64,000 bases of DNA, taken from Macrostomum lignano. Taxonomy: Eukaryota. A program made the translations under genes and the position numbers. How positions within the stretch are numbered: position 1 is the stretch's first letter; the number at the start of each line of letters is the position of its first letter. The stretch is taken from contig NIVC01000798.1 of NCBI GenBank assembly GCA_002269645.1, positions 159,867 through 223,866 on the forward strand. Direction: 5' to 3'. Below are positions 1 through 28,848 of the stretch, in pieces. The notes beneath the pieces are model-generated. The model was given only the letters and a program-made list of their open reading frames with translations. It had not been told where the DNA came from and searched no databases.

Positions 1-1915
1 TCCATAAATTGTTCGACACTTGCATCTCGGCCGACTGCGAATGACAGCAAAGCGAGAAAATGTGCCCAGTAGGCCAGGGCCAATCGTCAAGTCATAGCTG
101 TATGGAAAAGAAAACTTTGTTTGCACATTCTTATCACAGCCCCCGGGCCCCCCTGGACAGAGGGCGGGGCCTCGGGAGGCCAATCAACCAACTTGTACAG
201 CATTGGAAGAAAAACACATTATAGAACTTGTTAGCTACGAAGTTACAAACAAGCTGCAGTATAAGTAAGAAAAGCATAAAGAATTGCTTATCTATGCAAG
301 GCTTGTACGACGCAGGGAATGCATGTAGCTGGGCTTTGCACCGCAATAGGGACGCGTGTGACGCATTCCACGTATCCAATAATGTTTTACACCCACTACA
401 CATGCTCGGAAAATGTGAATATCTGGAGTGTAGAACAGATTTGGAACTTTTAAAAGTTCTAAATATGCACTACTGAAACGATATTGGATCATTTCGTAAA
501 TCATGGGGATGGCAACTGTACATGCAAAGGGACATTACAGTCTGAAGAAAACGACAAAAATTTTTTCAAAGGCGCCAGTTTGAAGGACCAAAAGATGGCA
601 ATCTCAGTGTGCTAGAGTACAAGTATATATCTGTGTACAAATAGTGTGCAAAAATTGATTGTGCAGTGCAAGGCATGGCAAGGGTGAGGATCTCTTAATC
701 AAAACTTCTGCATACATACTAAATATATGGGACTAATATGATGCATTGGATCTACTAAGACTTTTTAACCTTGAAACCTTATATAGACCTACTTGAACTT
801 AATTGACACTAAGTTTTATTTTCCTTCTATTTCAAAGTGAGAGGCAATCAAATAAATTGAAAGTGTCTTTACATCAAAAAGACAACTATATTTACCTATA
901 AAATGCATAAAATCAATATTTAAATATCAGACTTAGCAAAAGTTTGAATATATAGATCTAAATACACTTCTTAAGTGTGCATAATGACAGTTATATGTAA
1001 ATTGATATATGATATTTTAAATTTAAAACAAAGTTTACAACAAATATAATATAGAAAATTTACTTGCAGTGCACTTTAATTTATTTGTAATACTTACTAT
1101 GGAAGTATTAGTACACTTGTTTCTAGGCAATAAAGTATATAATTTTTTTTAAACTTCAAATACAAAGTGTCTAGGCCTAGGGTCTATTTTTAATGAATAT
1201 TAATCATTCTGTATAAAAAAGCAAGATTTTTTTTGAAAAAAATAAAACAGTCACTTAAGTATACTTTTATAAAACAGTAAGTGAAAACAAGTAGAAAGGC
1301 TAATAGCATTTATTATAAGTACTCATTTTTGCAACACTTGCCTAGTATATCATTATAAATTATGGCATGGTATGGATACAAAACCATACTAATTGTAAAA
1401 AACTATAACATATTTAAATAATTATATAGAGGAAAGAAAACAATATAACTATAGATTAAAATATTCATACGAATTTCTTCATTTTGAGGATTTAGCTTTA
1501 CACTCAGTGAAATGAAATGTTATCAAATGAATGATTACAATAAATTAAAATGAACTGCGAATTCAGCATACTACCCTGGATATATATCATAATAAAGCAC
1601 AAAATATTTATTGTAGCAAAGTAGCACACTGGATTGTAGTATTGTAGTTAATTGAGTAAAGTCTGTCACAAAGATTACAAGCAGGCCTGTATCACCACGC
1701 CGTGACGATTTGAAAATAATTTCTTTGAGTTAAAACAAAAGGGTAAAAATATGAAGGATGAGATGTAAGGGTGCTTTTAAATTCTGAAAAATATAACTAA
1801 TTTAGAAAAATAATAATAATAGCAACGATATTACTGTCTTAGATACATCCGACTAAAGACGCATCTTTACGGACGCATCCGACTAAAGATGCCACGCATC
1901 TTTACTAATGTCATT

Positions 1916-2745
1916 GGGAGCACGAGAATTGCCGCAGACGAATTGCCCGTTCATAGAAAACGGGATTCTACACGCATTCTATAACACGGTAAAATATTAC
2001 GGCTCGATAGACATCGGGAGTTTTTCATGTTATATTGCGGATGTTTTTGGAAAACATATGTGATTGCCCGCTTAGATTTGTCCGCGGGAGATTTATTTGC
2101 CCGTCGAGATTTGCCTCCGCAGTGCATTTTTCCCGCAAGCGAATTGCCCGCGAGCGAATTGCCCACTTTTTCCTGCAGCGCATTTAGCCACGCCAAAAGC
2201 TAGATCGTCTGCGTTGCCCCCCCCCGCAATGCTATATAGTACTGCGTAAGTCTTTAATAAGAGATTTGTAGGACAAAGCGACTCGGCTGCGTGAATTAAT
2301 AGCTCACCGTTTACCCCTGCATGTATATAGAACTGAATACCTACAAGAAAAGTTTCGTTTTGAAACGTTTTGATCGGGTCTATGTAAATCTCTTTATTAA
2401 GACTTACTAAGCATTGGGGAGGCAATGCAGGCTAAATCTTCCGCGTGGCTAAATGCGCTGCAGGAAAAAAGCATTGCGGGCAAGCCTCGGCGGGAAAAAA
2501 CTCGGCGGGCAATTCGCTCGCGGGCAATTCACTCGCCGGCAAATTGCACTGTGGGCAAATCTCGGCGGGCAATTCTCGACGGGCAAATCTCGACGGACAA
2601 ATCTCCTGATCTCGGCGGGAAAAGCATTGGCGGGCAAGTCTCGACGGGCAAATCTCGACGGGCAAATCTGCGGGCAGATCTCGACGGGCAAATCTGCGGG
2701 CAAATCTCGGCGGGCAGTTCGTCTGCGGGCAATTCTCATGGACCC
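1916..2745. mobile_element. Non-autonomous foldback/MITE-like DNA element with nested inverted repeats
   Basis: Left end GGGAGCACGAGAATTGCCGCAGACGAATTGCCCG (1916-1949) is an imperfect reverse complement of the right end CGGGCAGTTCGTCTGCGGGCAATTCTCATGGACCC (2711-2745). Inner IR CCTGCAGCGCATTTAGCCACGC (~2172) pairs with GCGTGGCTAAATGCGCTGCAGG (~2443). The right arm carries tandem GCGGGCAAATCTCGAC-type subrepeats. No transposase ORF and no clean TSD. Confidence 0.75.
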
Positions 2746-3407
2746 TATTTACGACGCACTATTATTATTCGCAGTTTTGAACTATATAAAAATTGTATAT
2801 ATTTACTAGTATATATACATGCTCCCCATCAATCGTTGCTCTGTCGTTGCTACTAACTAAACAAACGTACACGGTTCTAAATGTTACCCGAAAGACTCCA
2901 GGCTGTTGATATAGTGGGCCTTGGATACATGTTGTGGTATATCTAAGTAAACGAAAATTATTATCCTTGTAACAAAGCCAAATTTTTCATATTGAAATCG
3001 TAAGAATACAATAATTTACAATGAATCAAATCCTTGACAGGCAATTGTAACTGCAACTACCCTCGTACATGTAAGTCTAGAGAAAAAGTTGCGCGAAAAA
3101 TGTCGAAATCGAATGACGGATGGCTGTGACTTTAAATATACATGTAATATCGAAAGACTGAGCTTCAGCTTCAGCTTTCGGTACATTTTTAACAAATTCA
3201 TTTATTTACGATCATGATTTAGTCTCATTTAAATATTAAGATTAATCAATTTTAAGCTAATTTCAAGGAACATTTTTCGGGCCAATGAAGAGCTGCTTGT
3301 ATTGTACTCGCTAGAAGGCTGCCAAAAGCAGATGCAGACTGACTTTAAATAGCAGAGAGATGCACTCGGTCAATGCCAAACATCTAGTAAAAAGCGTAAC
3401 GAGAAAG

Positions 3408-3851
3408 TCAGGATCTGTTTGTAAGCTGTCTCTTTTTGCGTTTGCCATACCTGCGGGATTAAGACAGTGGTAGAAAATAATTGTTTATATAGTTGTTTAA
3501 AGTTTGTTTGAGAAATAATAGCTTTGAATGATGTTCAAATGTCACTTAAGTTTCCGAAACGTTCAGATTTCGGAAAATTATACCCGTGAGCTAATTTATG
3601 CACAAATGACCTGCTCACCTAGGCCTGTCTAGAAGAGCCAGGTACTTGTTGAGATTGCGCAAATACAACCGCAAGTTTTCAGGCGACGCGAACGGTTGCG
3701 GAATTTCTGGCTCACCAACACTGCCTCCATTGCTAATGCTTGCTTCAATAAGCTTCGAAGCAACCGGCCGGCTCAATGCCGAGTTGGAAAATGCGATTCC
3801 CAGCTGAAAAATGATGTGCAGAATCAAGTGAAGATTCGAAATTGCCATCAT
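3408..3851 (-). CDS. NPY: Neuropeptide Y/F family precursor, join(3851..3619,3450..3408)
   Basis: Hydrophobic N-terminus MMAISNLHLILHIIFQLGIAFS, then ...EPEIPQPFASPENLRLYLRNLNKYLALLDRP(R). Phase-2 intron (AG|GTGAGC ... CCCGCAG|G) inside the last Arg codon, then YGKRKKRQLTNRS*. The predicted 36-mer has Pro5/Pro8, Tyr20/Tyr27 and RPRY-G-KR amidation/cleavage, as in the NPY/NPF family. Confidence 0.9.
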
Positions 3852-4956
3852 TCTGAGACCTTTGAGTTTTTGATACAGCTTTGGATGTTGTTAAACTGCT
3901 GAGGCAGTCGCCTGAACTGCTAGACAACATTTATACTACAATTTGATTGACATGAAAACCTAATGTCTTTTTTCATTTGTGAATAATGCTGAATTGACTA
4001 TAACTGAAGCTTCCACGTGAATGAAGCATAAAACCAAATGGCTTCAACTCCAAAAAAATTTCTCTACCAGAGAGTGACACGGAAAGAGAACTGTAGCAAA
4101 TTTTCATGTAGGGAGCTTTTTTAAGTGCTTGTGAAGTGCTCCAGTGCAAAATTCAGCCTCTAAATAAAATGTTGTTTTTGCTTCTACTTGCCAATCTCGA
4201 TGAAACTCGTAGTTTTGCAGCATTTAGCATTCAGAATTTTGTTTGTTTTGCTTTTTGTTGTACCTGCGACTGCAACAGTTCCGTGCTCACACTTCTCAAA
4301 TTCCATTTTGAAGTTGAACCTTCGATTTGGATCAAAAAACGACAGTAGTTATGCGTAGAGATTCATAGAACAGGCATCAAATACAGTAATTCATGAAAAG
4401 CATTGACATACGAGTATTAGATAATGAGGACTGAAAGTACAGGTGTATGGGTAAGGCAGGTGGCTAAAAACCAGAGAGACAAGCACCGCAGTCGTTTGGA
4501 GAGGACTGCTTTTCCCCATGCTCAAGGGATCTGTAATTCCTGCCGTTGGACGCGAGGGGAATTGTTGTACCAATGTGTCATGTCACTCGTTAAAGCCTCA
4601 TTATGCAATCACAGGGGAAGAGCAAGATTAAAAAAATCGATTGGCAAGAAAGTAATTGCTCAATTAGATTCGAAACAGGTCATGCAACCTTCAAAGAAAG
4701 CATGCCTTTAGGTTCAGTGGATAAATGGAATATTTTCTTATTCTTTCAAGTGGATGAATAGCATTTGTTATTAGTAGCAATAAAATTTATATTCCAGTAG
4801 TGCGTGTTGATTATTTTTGTATATTGATGATAATTACTGCATATAATGACGCTGAAAAATTGCGACAGCTGGTTGAAAAGTGACAAAATAAGTAAGTTAA
4901 AGACTATTAGAATCGCCGTGTAATTAAACGAAATTAAAGTTTAATTTATATTGTAG

Positions 4957-5469
4957 TATTGGTTTTGCCAGCCTAACTGAGAATAAAGCCATCCAAAGTG
5001 AGAATCCTGCCTACGCTGACTGCGAAGGGCCGGCCTGGCTGCGTGCAGCCTTAGTCTATGGGCCATAGACTATAAAGGACAAGCAAAGTGATAAAAAGCC
5101 ATCCAATGTGAGAATCGATTGGTCTATGCGTCGTATTCTTTTATTTTTATACCTTCTGAGCCATATGACTAGCCAATAGCTTGAACGGAATAACGGAAAC
5201 AGGAACACACTGGATGATACAGTACAGTAAAGTAAAGAGTTAAAATCCTAGACTCATATGGCTCATAGACTAGGCTGGATGCAGCTAGGCCCTTCGTGTT
5301 CAGCGTAGGCAGGATTCTCACATTGGATGGCTTTTTATCACTTTGCTTGTCCTTTATAGTCTATGGCCCATAGACTAAGGCTGCACGCAGCCAGGCCCTT
5401 CGCAGTCAGCGTAGGCAGGATTCTCACTTTGGATGGCTTTATTCTCAGTTAGGCTGACAAAACCAGTAG
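4957..5469. mobile_element. MITE with long (~190 bp) terminal inverted repeats
   Basis: 4957-5144 (TATTGGTTTTGCCAGCCTAACTGAGAATAAAGCCATCCAAAGTGAGAATCCTGCCTACGCTGA...) is a near-perfect reverse complement of ~5303-5469 (...TCAGCGTAGGCAGGATTCTCACTTTGGATGGCTTTATTCTCAGTTAGGCTGACAAAACCAGTA). TA at both ends is a possible TA target duplication. Confidence 0.85.
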
Positions 5470-5789
5470 TCTTGCTGAGGGTTTCTAGTGGAGCTTGTTT
5501 AAAAAGTTTGGATCGACTGCTGCAATCAATAGTACAACTTAATATATCTTTTTGTAATCTACGAGTAGTTGGCCAAAACTGCGATCAAGTTGGCCCAGAT
5601 CGATGGCATTCGCTAGTCGACGCCTTCCAAGTTGAACTTAGAGCCCCAGATAACTTAGTTTTGGTCCGTCTGTACTGCTATCTTTCCCATAGCAGTCTAT
5701 TTCTCTAAGCTATTAATTTGACCGTAATCTGTGATCACTTATACCATAGCTGAAATCGCGGAGACTATGGCTCAGAGAGGCCTGCATAC

Positions 5790-6044
5790 ATGAAAATTTC
5801 AACTCTGGATCGCCAGAGGTTGCTGAGCGTCTTTGAAAATGGAGAAGACTGGCAAAGTCTCGGCCGGCTCTTGGGAATCGCATGGAAAACAGTTACAAAC
5901 ATTATTCGGACTTTCACAGAACCTGGCCACCTCCGCACTCTGCCCAGAGGAGGTGTCAGGCGTTCGTCCCTAAGCGAAGCCGTGGTCGACAGCAACATGT
6001 CGCTTATTTCTTCTTCTGCGCACATGCAAAAACAAAATTGCTAA
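5790..6044 (+). pseudogene. Truncated Tc1/IS630-like transposase N-terminal HTH fragment
   Basis: MKISTLDRQRLLSVFENGEDWQSLGRLLGIAWKTVTNIIRTFTEPGHLRTLPRGGVRRSSL resembles the Tc1/IS630 HTH plus the PRGG-RR linker. The ORF then degrades and no DDE domain follows. Confidence 0.6.
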
Positions 6045-6254
6045 ACAAACTTGATCGCAGCTTAGGCCTAATTGGTTGCAGTATTTTTACACTGTGTCTA
6101 ATGGCTTTCAGCTCAGCTCAGCTGGGTGAGCCGACTCGCGAGAGCGAAGAATTTCCTATCCCTGGCCAAATTGATCGCAGTTTTGGACAAGTACATGTAG
6201 ATTACAAAAAGGTGTTGTGCTATAACTCACTCAATACTACTACTGTGAGTAGTC

Positions 6255-8195
6255 TTATGAGTCAGCGCTGTGATAAATTGTATCCATCAACGACGTCATA
6301 GAAGCTGAAAAATTTACGACGACATCCGGACGCCGCAAGGACTCTGTAAGCTCGTCAACAGCTGCGCCACCCGCCTCAGGAGCTGCTTCTTCGGGTGTAG
6401 CATGTGGTTCGCAGTGTCGCTTAAACTCGTGGATGCAGGTAGCCGAGTGGAAACGATAAAACACCTGCAGCGGAACGGTCACTAGCGACAGGACCAGCGC
6501 TTCGCTCTTGGTATCCTCAATGAAGAACTGACTAAAGCACACCGTGTTGATGATCCATTCGGCAGCGTTCAGCAAAATCAGCAGGGTAAAAAGAGCTCGA
6601 CCGTCCATGCCCCGACCGTTCGGGGCTCGAAATTTCCACAACAGGGAGCACTCGATGGCGTAGATTTGCATCAAGCTCTGATAAATGTTCAACCCGCAGC
6701 TGACGCCAAGTAAAATCTCATTGGTCAATTTCAAACTACTTTTTGGGTCGTACTTCTTGCTGGAGCACTTCACAATTGTGCCCCACAGTTTGTTGAACTC
6801 GTGAATGACAATTGCAGTAGCTCCCAACCACAGAAGCGATCGGTCTGTGAGATGGACTGTAGAGATCTGCTTTTTGTTGGCCTTGTTTAAGTAATATGGC
6901 AACATGCTTGCGCACACGGCACCGAAAAAGTAGAGAAATATTAGTGAGCTTAAAAACACAGAGCGAATAGCGTCCTGACTCTTGACGTTTTTGTTAAAAA
7001 GAACAAAAGTGGATACAAGAAGCGCCAGAGCAGATAAACCAATTCCAATGGCGAAGCTAAAGAAGTATTTACGAATTATAAATAACTCTGAAGAAGAAGA
7101 TCTAGCTGAAGTCTCGGGCTTCGAGTCTGACTTCAAAAGGGATCGAAGGTCAACTTCTCGAGCTTGGTCAGCTTCCAAGTCAGACAGCTCACCGATGTGA
7201 ATTCGAAGAAAGGTCCCAATGCGTCCTGCATTGGCAACTAGATTGAAAGCCATCAGAGCGCCCATGACGTAGTACTCCACCCCGAACGGATAAAGCAAAT
7301 TTGAGACCATTTGAATATTATTCGCCTTGCAAAACGAAGTTCCATTGCCAGCGCCATGTGAATACTCAAAGGCTGGCTGCTTGCTCTGCTCATCATTTAG
7401 AATTTCTCGTAGCTCTATGCCAACATTGAAGAACCAGGATGCAATATTCGTAGCCAGGAGCTGGCATCCACAAAACCAAGTAGCAGAAAGCTTCCACTGG
7501 GCTGAGTGGCGAAAGTGAATAACAAACAGCTTCGTCTGCAAGATGATGAATATTGTCAGCAGGGCGCGTCTGAACACATCAGGCAGCTTTTCTCCAGGTT
7601 TAGACATCGAATCAATAATGCCGCACGTGATGTCGATCCCAGACTCCAGGCAGAATGCCGCGGCGAATATAATGAATGTCAAAATGAACAGCGCTGAAGG
7701 GTAGCTCCCAACATGTTTTGGAATTTTTATGTACCGGAGAACATTTTGGAAAATAATGAGTCGGCTCTCTTGCCTGGGATGGGGCGCAGTGGCCTCGGGA
7801 ATAGCTCCATCGATGAGCACGGCTTTCTCAATGTAGATTATTGCAGCGATGCCAAGCATCAAATACGTGCACTTGATGAATAAACAGGCGTATTCGTTTA
7901 AACTGAGATTGCCCATGAGTTTTGTCGAGTTAAACAATTTTCGGGAAGCATTTGGATTCATGGAGAAGTTTGGCTGAAGCAGGCACCGACTTCGCTGCTC
8001 AAGGGATTCGATGTTCATCTCTGTTTCAATCAAGGTGACAATAAATCCTATAGCAATCAGACTCAATGAGTACACTAGGCACTTCAATTTTACCGAAGGC
8101 TCGACCACAATGCTCTTTTGCGATTTATCGCTTCTAGGGCCCGGATGTCTAGCAGAATATGACGATGATCGGAGCAAACTCTGACGAGATTCCAT
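6255..8195 (-). CDS. OTOP: Otopetrin-family proton channel, CDS in one exon (~646 aa from ATG 8195)
   Basis: Multi-TM ORF with otopetrin motifs QLLATNIASW, LYPFGVEYY, LLNAAEWI and the C-terminal PLQVFYRFHSATC. The ORF-track start at 8264 is a non-ATG codon. First in-frame ATG is 8195, 7 nt after a TTTACAG acceptor. Confidence 0.9.
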   Translation of the reverse strand: MESRQSLLRSSSYSARHPGPRSDKSQKSIVVEPSVKLKCLVYSLSLIAIGFIVTLIETEMNIESLEQRSRCLLQPNFSMNPNASRKLFNSTKLMGNLSLNEYACLFIKCTYLMLGIAAIIYIEKAVLIDGAIPEATAPHPRQESRLIIFQNVLRYIKIPKHVGSYPSALFILTFIIFAAAFCLESGIDITCGIIDSMSKPGEKLPDVFRRALLTIFIILQTKLFVIHFRHSAQWKLSATWFCGCQLLATNIASWFFNVGIELREILNDEQSKQPAFEYSHGAGNGTSFCKANNIQMVSNLLYPFGVEYYVMGALMAFNLVANAGRIGTFLRIHIGELSDLEADQAREVDLRSLLKSDSKPETSARSSSSELFIIRKYFFSFAIGIGLSALALLVSTFVLFNKNVKSQDAIRSVFLSSLIFLYFFGAVCASMLPYYLNKANKKQISTVHLTDRSLLWLGATAIVIHEFNKLWGTIVKCSSKKYDPKSSLKLTNEILLGVSCGLNIYQSLMQIYAIECSLLWKFRAPNGRGMDGRALFTLLILLNAAEWIINTVCFSQFFIEDTKSEALVLSLVTVPLQVFYRFHSATCIHEFKRHCEPHATPEEAAPEAGGAAVDELTESLRRPDVVVNFSASMTSLMDTIYHSADS

Positions 8196-10657
8196 GAGCT
8201 TGCTGTAAATACGATAATTGACTTTATTAAGTTGACTTTGCAGAGAGATGCTTGCCCAGGACAATTAGTTTTTCGTTTTCTTAAATTAAAAGCTTTTCCG
8301 TCCAGACGTTCTTGTGTTTATATATTGTCTGCTTTACAAACTGCAGCCACTGCAACAGCAACCTCAACTTGACTATTCATCATTGCCAGCAGTAAACCAA
8401 CAGGATGTGAACCAATTGAATGTATGTTGTCGGACGAGCTGCACACTTTCCCGCACTTGTGAAAACCACTTAGAATTAAAATGGAAACAACATAAACCAG
8501 ATATGCCCGAGCATCCGGTTAGCTGCAGACTGCAGTGTACCTGTGCCCACCAGTCTGACATGCTTCAAAAAGGCGACTTAGTTTAACACAAATAATGCAT
8601 GAAAAAATGCTACCAAGACCACGAGTGCCACATCCCAAATTTGAATTTGATGAGCGAATTTGATGAGCGAGCCCAAGTTATTGAAGCTTCTAAAGCTTTC
8701 TTCTGCTGACCCTTTCGCCCTGTCTCAATACATTCTCCAGGCTGGCTGTCTCTTCTACTTTAATTAAACAAATGAAAGCTGATTTGCATAATCAGTCACT
8801 GCAACCCGGCCTGTCAGGACGGGCTTTTCCAGTGGCCGAATTGCACAGTTCCTCACTTCTTTACCGCTGCATAAGGGCGGTCATTCTTATAGCCAGCTCT
8901 CATCCTCGGTCCACATCCTCATGAGGAAGCCGGGGTGGGCCGCATTCTGCTAGCCTGAAACTGTGCAATTAAAGATAAGCCGTGATTAGGAGGGGGTTTC
9001 GTCCCGGGCCTCAACTACAGGCCCTCTCCCTGCCAGCGGGTCTCAGGCAGCTCGTTTCTCCCTAGGGCAACTCTATAGCGACAAACTGACACCGGGAGTT
9101 TGAGCCGAATGGCAATAAAGAGAAGCTAAATGCTACTTCCTGGAGCCCGCATCAATCTTTCCGCGCTAATCGCATCCGCAACTTGATTAACTCAGCGCCC
9201 GGAGCCTCCTGCGTGCTTGGACAGCAGGAGGGCACTTGGCCGGCACTAATTGAAAGATAATATTTGACACAATGGCCCGGACAGAAGGAAACGTGGCCAC
9301 ACGAAGGTTGATAATGACCTCCTTAATTAGCCTTCTTCCGTTGCGCGACCCTCCAGCCTCGTTGTAAAGCTGCTCTTTGGCTCACGCAGCTTCCCCATTT
9401 GTTCTCCGGCTACCAGTACAGTGTCAGCAGCTTCTGTGCCCCAATGTCCGTCCGGCTCTCAGGACTCACACGCCCCCCCCCCTGCTGCTCCAACGAATGG
9501 CAGCGTTTCGCTTCCCGTCAGTGAGGATTTGAGCTGCCAACCTCGCTTTCCTCGAGCTGGAAACACAATCGGATTCGAACTCGCGCTCAGTTTGGATCCC
9601 TGCGAATCGAACTTGCTTTTCTCTGCTGCTACGTAACGCTGATCGATAGATCAAGCAAGAACAGGGACAAAAAGCAAACAGTTCCAGAACAGCTCCGGTA
9701 TGTATGTGGTCGATTATTTTTGTTCCTGCTCTCATTTAAAACAGAAAAAAAATAACAAAGCAAATTCAAAGCAGATTCGAATCCATGAAATTGTTTTACT
9801 AACCGACTGGCCTAAAGCAATTTCTAATTATCTCTGTTCTATAAAATTTTCACAAAAGGGCTTCTGCTTCAAGCATCTGCTTTCAGTTTCTGCTTCTTTT
9901 TGCTCCAGCTCGGGTAGGGACAAGCATGGTAGAATTCTCAACAGCCTTCACCTTACCCAGGCAGGGAGCTCTCGCCACGCTTCTGTTTAACCAGTTGAAA
10001 GCTCCTAGCCATCCCCTCTGCCTTCCCTGCCTTCTGCTTTCAACCGCCTCTGCCTCCCGGCCTCACCTTGGAAAATGCGCCACCTGACTATTGCAGCCTC
10101 ATCGATTTCTTCTCTCTACTGCGTGTGTCTCGCTCACGGCGAACCCCCCCCCCCTTTCCTGGATGCATTCTCTCTGGGGGAGAGAGAAATGAAGAGTAGG
10201 AACTGGAGCTGGAGTAGGAACTGGAACCCCAGCTTGATGCAGCGCTCAGTTTTGCTTGCATTTACTCCTCCTTCCAGCATCCTCGCGGGAAAAAATGAGT
10301 TGCAGTGTAGGGATAGGGCAGGGTGAAACAAAACAGACCATTCTAACGATCCATTGGACGGAAGCGCTCACCTGCTGAGTCGCCAGCCATTGTTTTACTT
10401 CTTGCTTTTCTCTCCCCTACCAAGCCTCCCCTCTCGCCTCTTCCTCTTCTCCCCTTCTGTTAATACAGCAGTTGTCCCCCCGCCGCCGCCTGCCTCACGC
10501 ACAACTCCGAGGCCCAAGCGAGCAAACAGGCAGACTATATATAATACTCGTCACCAGCTGCTGAAATACTCGCCTCTCTCCTATCGTCAGTTCGCAGCAT
10601 CCAGCAGGCAGAGAATTCCTAGTCAACAACGGACAGATCAACCCATTGAAGAAAAGC

Positions 10658-28848
<18,191 letters not shown>

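Noticed and set aside
134-504. Overlapping short ORFs, one frame with a Cys/His pattern (YLCKACTTQGMHVAGLC) faintly like a SWIM finger
   Set aside because: Spacing does not fit well, there is no splice or domain context, and it is at the window edge.
8314-8586. 90-aa Cys-rich ORF upstream of otopetrin
   Set aside because: Non-ATG start, no recognisable domain and no consistent splice sites. At most a decayed TE fragment.
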